Below, piece after piece: positions 61,016 to 64,000 of a stretch of DNA of 64,000 nucleotides; within the stretch, counting starts at the first letter, position 1; every line of letters starts with the position of its first letter. Source of the stretch: Amoebophrya sp. A120 (taxonomy: Eukaryota > Protista > Dinoflagellata); assembly GCA_905178155.1 (NCBI GenBank), contig CAJINV010000017.1, forward strand, positions 364,722-428,721, read 5' to 3'. A model generated the notes under the pieces. That model made no database searches. It had not been told where the DNA came from and saw only the letters and a list, made by a program, of their open reading frames with translations. A program made the position numbers and the translations under genes.

Positions 61016-64000
61016 ATGTTGACCAGAGGGCCTTTCTCTGTCCGGCAGTTCCTGCGCACGACAGTGCTGTCAGTACTGATTTCTCAACATGTTTGTAGTT
61101 CCAGTAGCAGGAGCCAAACTCCCACCACTTCCTTCGTGACTGGGCTGAGAATTGGCGGTACGAAGCAGGAAGAGCAGCAAAGCGGATATTCAGCTAACGA
61201 AGCCGATTTCATCCGAAGAGGAAGAGGACCTGCTGCGAGGACAAAAACAGAAGAGGACACTGTGCATCAGGAGCCGAGGCGGGCGCGAGATGAACCTCCC
61301 GATCGGGAACAATCGATAAGCGCCTTCGTACAACCTCGACCAGGCAGGCCCTTGTTGCACAGAAGGACATGGAAAGACGGCGCAACCACATCTGGAAAAA
61401 GAGGACCACTACTTCTCGGAGCAGCAAGAAGAGGGGGAGAAACTGAAACGCCCATGCTAGTAGGTGACATCACCGAGAAGCCATCCACTCTAGCTGCTGC
61501 CGGTTTTGCTGAGGAGAACAAGAGAACGCAAATAACTACGTCGAACTTCTTAAAGCTTGGGAAGACCACACTGAGCAGTGCTAGTGCTTCGGCTACGTCC
61601 AGGACGAGGACAAGAACGGAGACCACACGATCGCATGAGAGTACTGCAGCACACGTTTTTCCCAAGGACGCAGAGACGCACAGGAGGCTCAAGCAAGGCC
61701 TATTGCACTTCTTTGGGCCACCATCTAAAAGTACAACTTCTGAAGTGGACGACAATTTGTTTAATTCAACTGCGTCACTTTACTCACGACGAGCCTCCTG
61801 CCCGCAAGGCCGCTGGTCGAAAACGGACGAGGAAGTGTCGGAGCTGTGTGCGAAGAACTTTAACGCTACGGAACGAAGAGTTTACATCCGAGAGTTTTTG
61901 CCGCCTGAACAAACTAGTGCCTTCCCTACGCCGCCGGACCACGGCGAGAAGGCCGATAATTCTACCGCGGAAGATGAACAAGATTTCTGCTTTCCCGAGG
62001 GGCAAATGGAGGAGGTCCGGTGCCCCAACAGGGACTGTGAGACCAAGCTGGTGCGTGTTGACCCCGCGGCTCCAGATGCGCAGGGTCGCTTCGCGTGCAA
62101 CAATGGCCGTTGGTGGATGCAATTCCAGCAAAGTGATTCCTGGAAAGTCAATGACGGCAAGGAGTGCACTACTCTCTCTGAATCTAAGGCCCACAAAGCT
62201 ATCCTGCCCGGCACCCCGACCTGCGGCACCGAATGCGAGGGCTACTGGAAGGTTCCCGGCGTGCCGGAGACGGAATCACTTCAGAAAACGCGAACTGAGC
62301 TGGTGCGAGACTTCTGTGCAAGAAAGTGGCAGGGCGTGCTCACGGCGGACAAAGTTCTAACTCTCCCGGTCGAACGGGATTTGGTAAGCGGTTCCAAGGA
62401 GTACGTGATGCCAAGAACCTCGGACTTCTTCCTGAGACAAACCTACCAGGTGACGCAGCACGCGGCCCAGGGGGGCAGGAATTGCCCCAACAGGGAGAAA
62501 ACAAAAGAGTACATCTTCTGCGCCACTGATTGCGAGTACGCGATGTTCGGCGACTGGAGTGTTTGCGAAAACGGAACGCAAACGCGCGACCTCGAGGTGG
62601 TGAACCGGGAACAACCGGGAAAATATTTGCAAGTTTGCCAATTCCATCCCGACTTTCGAGAAATGGTGAAGAAAAGCAAGACCGCGGAGAAATTGATAGC
62701 GGCAGATAAAAATGGTGTCGGATCATCGGGACTGAAGTACGCAAACAACAAGACGCTACAGGCGCTTGCCAATAGCGGCCTGCAGAGGTATTTTCTTTAC
62801 CAAGATGCTGAAACAAGTAGGAATGCGTTGTCGAATCGACCGATCGAGCTCGAGGAGCACCGCGAGACGCGAAGTTGCGGCACGGACTGCGTTGGCGAAT
62901 GGGACTTTACCGAAGGGGATTTGAAAAGGCAGTGTCTGTCGCAACTGAAGACCAGTTCCTACCTGCGGGGGAAATCCAACGCTTTTGTGTGGCGTACGTT
63001 CAAGCACACGCAGTTGGCACAGGACGGCGGGAGAGAGTGTCTCTTCCAGGATGGATTCAAGGACTGGGTGAAGTGTGATCCGGTGGATTGCCGTGGCGTC
63101 TGGAGCACTTGGACAACGAGTGAGGCCGTGTGCGAGCACAATACACACAGCGATGCGGAGGTACTTTTGTTGGCAGGCGAGGAAAAGAATAGAAATGCTG
63201 GAACTACAACCAGTAAAGCAGATGGTTCAGAACAAAGACAAACTAAAACGTCTTTCCTGGAACATGAGCCGGCAAAACTTGCTGACAAAATCAGCACCAA
63301 GACGAAAGTGCAGTTCCAGACCAAACCCACACTGCAGAGGCCAAGCGCATCCTCCGCACTTCTGGCGAGTCCTGAGGAAAGCCCTACGACGAGTGCGACG
63401 ACACGAGAACAAGAACCGTTCCAGTCCCGAAAATTTTACGTGGAGCAGCCCGAGCTTTACGGGGGGATTCCTTGTGGATACGCCGATGGCTTCATCCAAA
63501 AGCGGCTCTGTGGACCGCAGTATACGTACCCGGCGGACAGTATTTCTGAAGATTCCTCAGTACCAGGGACGACGGCAAGCACGGGCACGTCAAGCACTGC
63601 TGCTACTACGTTACCGACTGTGTCTAGTGTTAACCAACATTCCCCTGTTGTAGTTCTCGAACATAAACCGATAAGAGCGCCAACTAGTGAAATGAGACCA
63701 CCAACAGGACCGGAGGTTGCGCCAGGACCGGTTGGGACAGCATCAATTAGTCAATGGAGACCACCAATGGTTGCGCCAGGACTGGTGGCGCTAGGTGGGC
63801 CACAATTTCCTACTGGCGGAAATGATGCCGCTGGAGAAGGTGAAGAAGATGATAAAGAAAATGAAAATAAGGACGACAACGACGAGGAGAACAATTACAT
63901 AGCGGATCACCAACCACCAGCTGAACCAGGTCCCGATGGGCCTCAGATTGAGGAAAAGGCACCTGCAGCTCCACGCGGCCCCGCAGCAAATAACGTCCCC
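61016..64000 (+). CDS. Thrombospondin type-1-like repeat protein (candidate adhesin), 3'-partial
   Basis: Hand translation from ATG 61016 is open to the window end (about 995 codons; absent from the ORF track because there is no stop). Cys/Trp repeats include ECEGYW, DCEYAMFGDWSVCENGTQTR, DCVGEW and DCRGVWSTW, with GGxxC motifs, then a T/S/P-rich and acidic stalk. Confidence 0.75.
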   Translation, partial: MLTRGPFSVRQFLRTTVLSVLISQHVCSSSSRSQTPTTSFVTGLRIGGTKQEEQQSGYSANEADFIRRGRGPAARTKTEEDTVHQEPRRARDEPPDREQSISAFVQPRPGRPLLHRRTWKDGATTSGKRGPLLLGAARRGGETETPMLVGDITEKPSTLAAAGFAEENKRTQITTSNFLKLGKTTLSSASASATSRTRTRTETTRSHESTAAHVFPKDAETHRRLKQGLLHFFGPPSKSTTSEVDDNLFNSTASLYSRRASCPQGRWSKTDEEVSELCAKNFNATERRVYIREFLPPEQTSAFPTPPDHGEKADNSTAEDEQDFCFPEGQMEEVRCPNRDCETKLVRVDPAAPDAQGRFACNNGRWWMQFQQSDSWKVNDGKECTTLSESKAHKAILPGTPTCGTECEGYWKVPGVPETESLQKTRTELVRDFCARKWQGVLTADKVLTLPVERDLVSGSKEYVMPRTSDFFLRQTYQVTQHAAQGGRNCPNREKTKEYIFCATDCEYAMFGDWSVCENGTQTRDLEVVNREQPGKYLQVCQFHPDFREMVKKSKTAEKLIAADKNGVGSSGLKYANNKTLQALANSGLQRYFLYQDAETSRNALSNRPIELEEHRETRSCGTDCVGEWDFTEGDLKRQCLSQLKTSSYLRGKSNAFVWRTFKHTQLAQDGGRECLFQDGFKDWVKCDPVDCRGVWSTWTTSEAVCEHNTHSDAEVLLLAGEEKNRNAGTTTSKADGSEQRQTKTSFLEHEPAKLADKISTKTKVQFQTKPTLQRPSASSALLASPEESPTTSATTREQEPFQSRKFYVEQPELYGGIPCGYADGFIQKRLCGPQYTYPADSISEDSSVPGTTASTGTSSTAATTLPTVSSVNQHSPVVVLEHKPIRAPTSEMRPPTGPEVAPGPVGTASISQWRPPMVAPGLVALGGPQFPTGGNDAAGEGEEDDKENENKDDNDEENNYIADHQPPAEPGPDGPQIEEKAPAAPRGPAANNVP

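Noticed and set aside
1-64000. Numerous minus-strand and alternate-frame ORFs in the track
   Set aside because: They are shadows of low-complexity or GC3-rich + strand genes and contain no recognisable motifs.

Overview
This is eukaryotic genomic DNA with about 12-13 protein genes, all on the + strand. They encode a very large single-pass membrane protein, a lipoxygenase, a PARP-like ADP-ribosyltransferase (ART), a bacterial-type PARG, DHX37, an ABCG half-transporter, topoisomerase II, a secreted coiled-coil (trichocyst-matrix-like) protein, a TSP1-repeat protein missing from the ORF track, and several unknowns. The genes carry ordinary GT-AG introns plus about 16 MITE-like inserts of roughly 125-340 bp. 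These inserts start TAT, mostly end ATA, have terminal inverted repeats (TIRs) and 5-nt target-site duplications (TSDs), and for most of them precise removal restores the reading frame and conserved motifs. Co-oriented genes plus such introners point to the parasitic dinoflagellate Amoebophrya (inference; no search was run). Introners as a class are already described there. The candidate new points are the splice-site grammar (G|TAT and ATA|G), use of one family in both orientations, G-U-biased stems, a shared internal GCATNACAAA motif, and an adjacent, apparently secreted ART writer plus PARG eraser pair. All exon joins are hand-derived and need RNA-seq.
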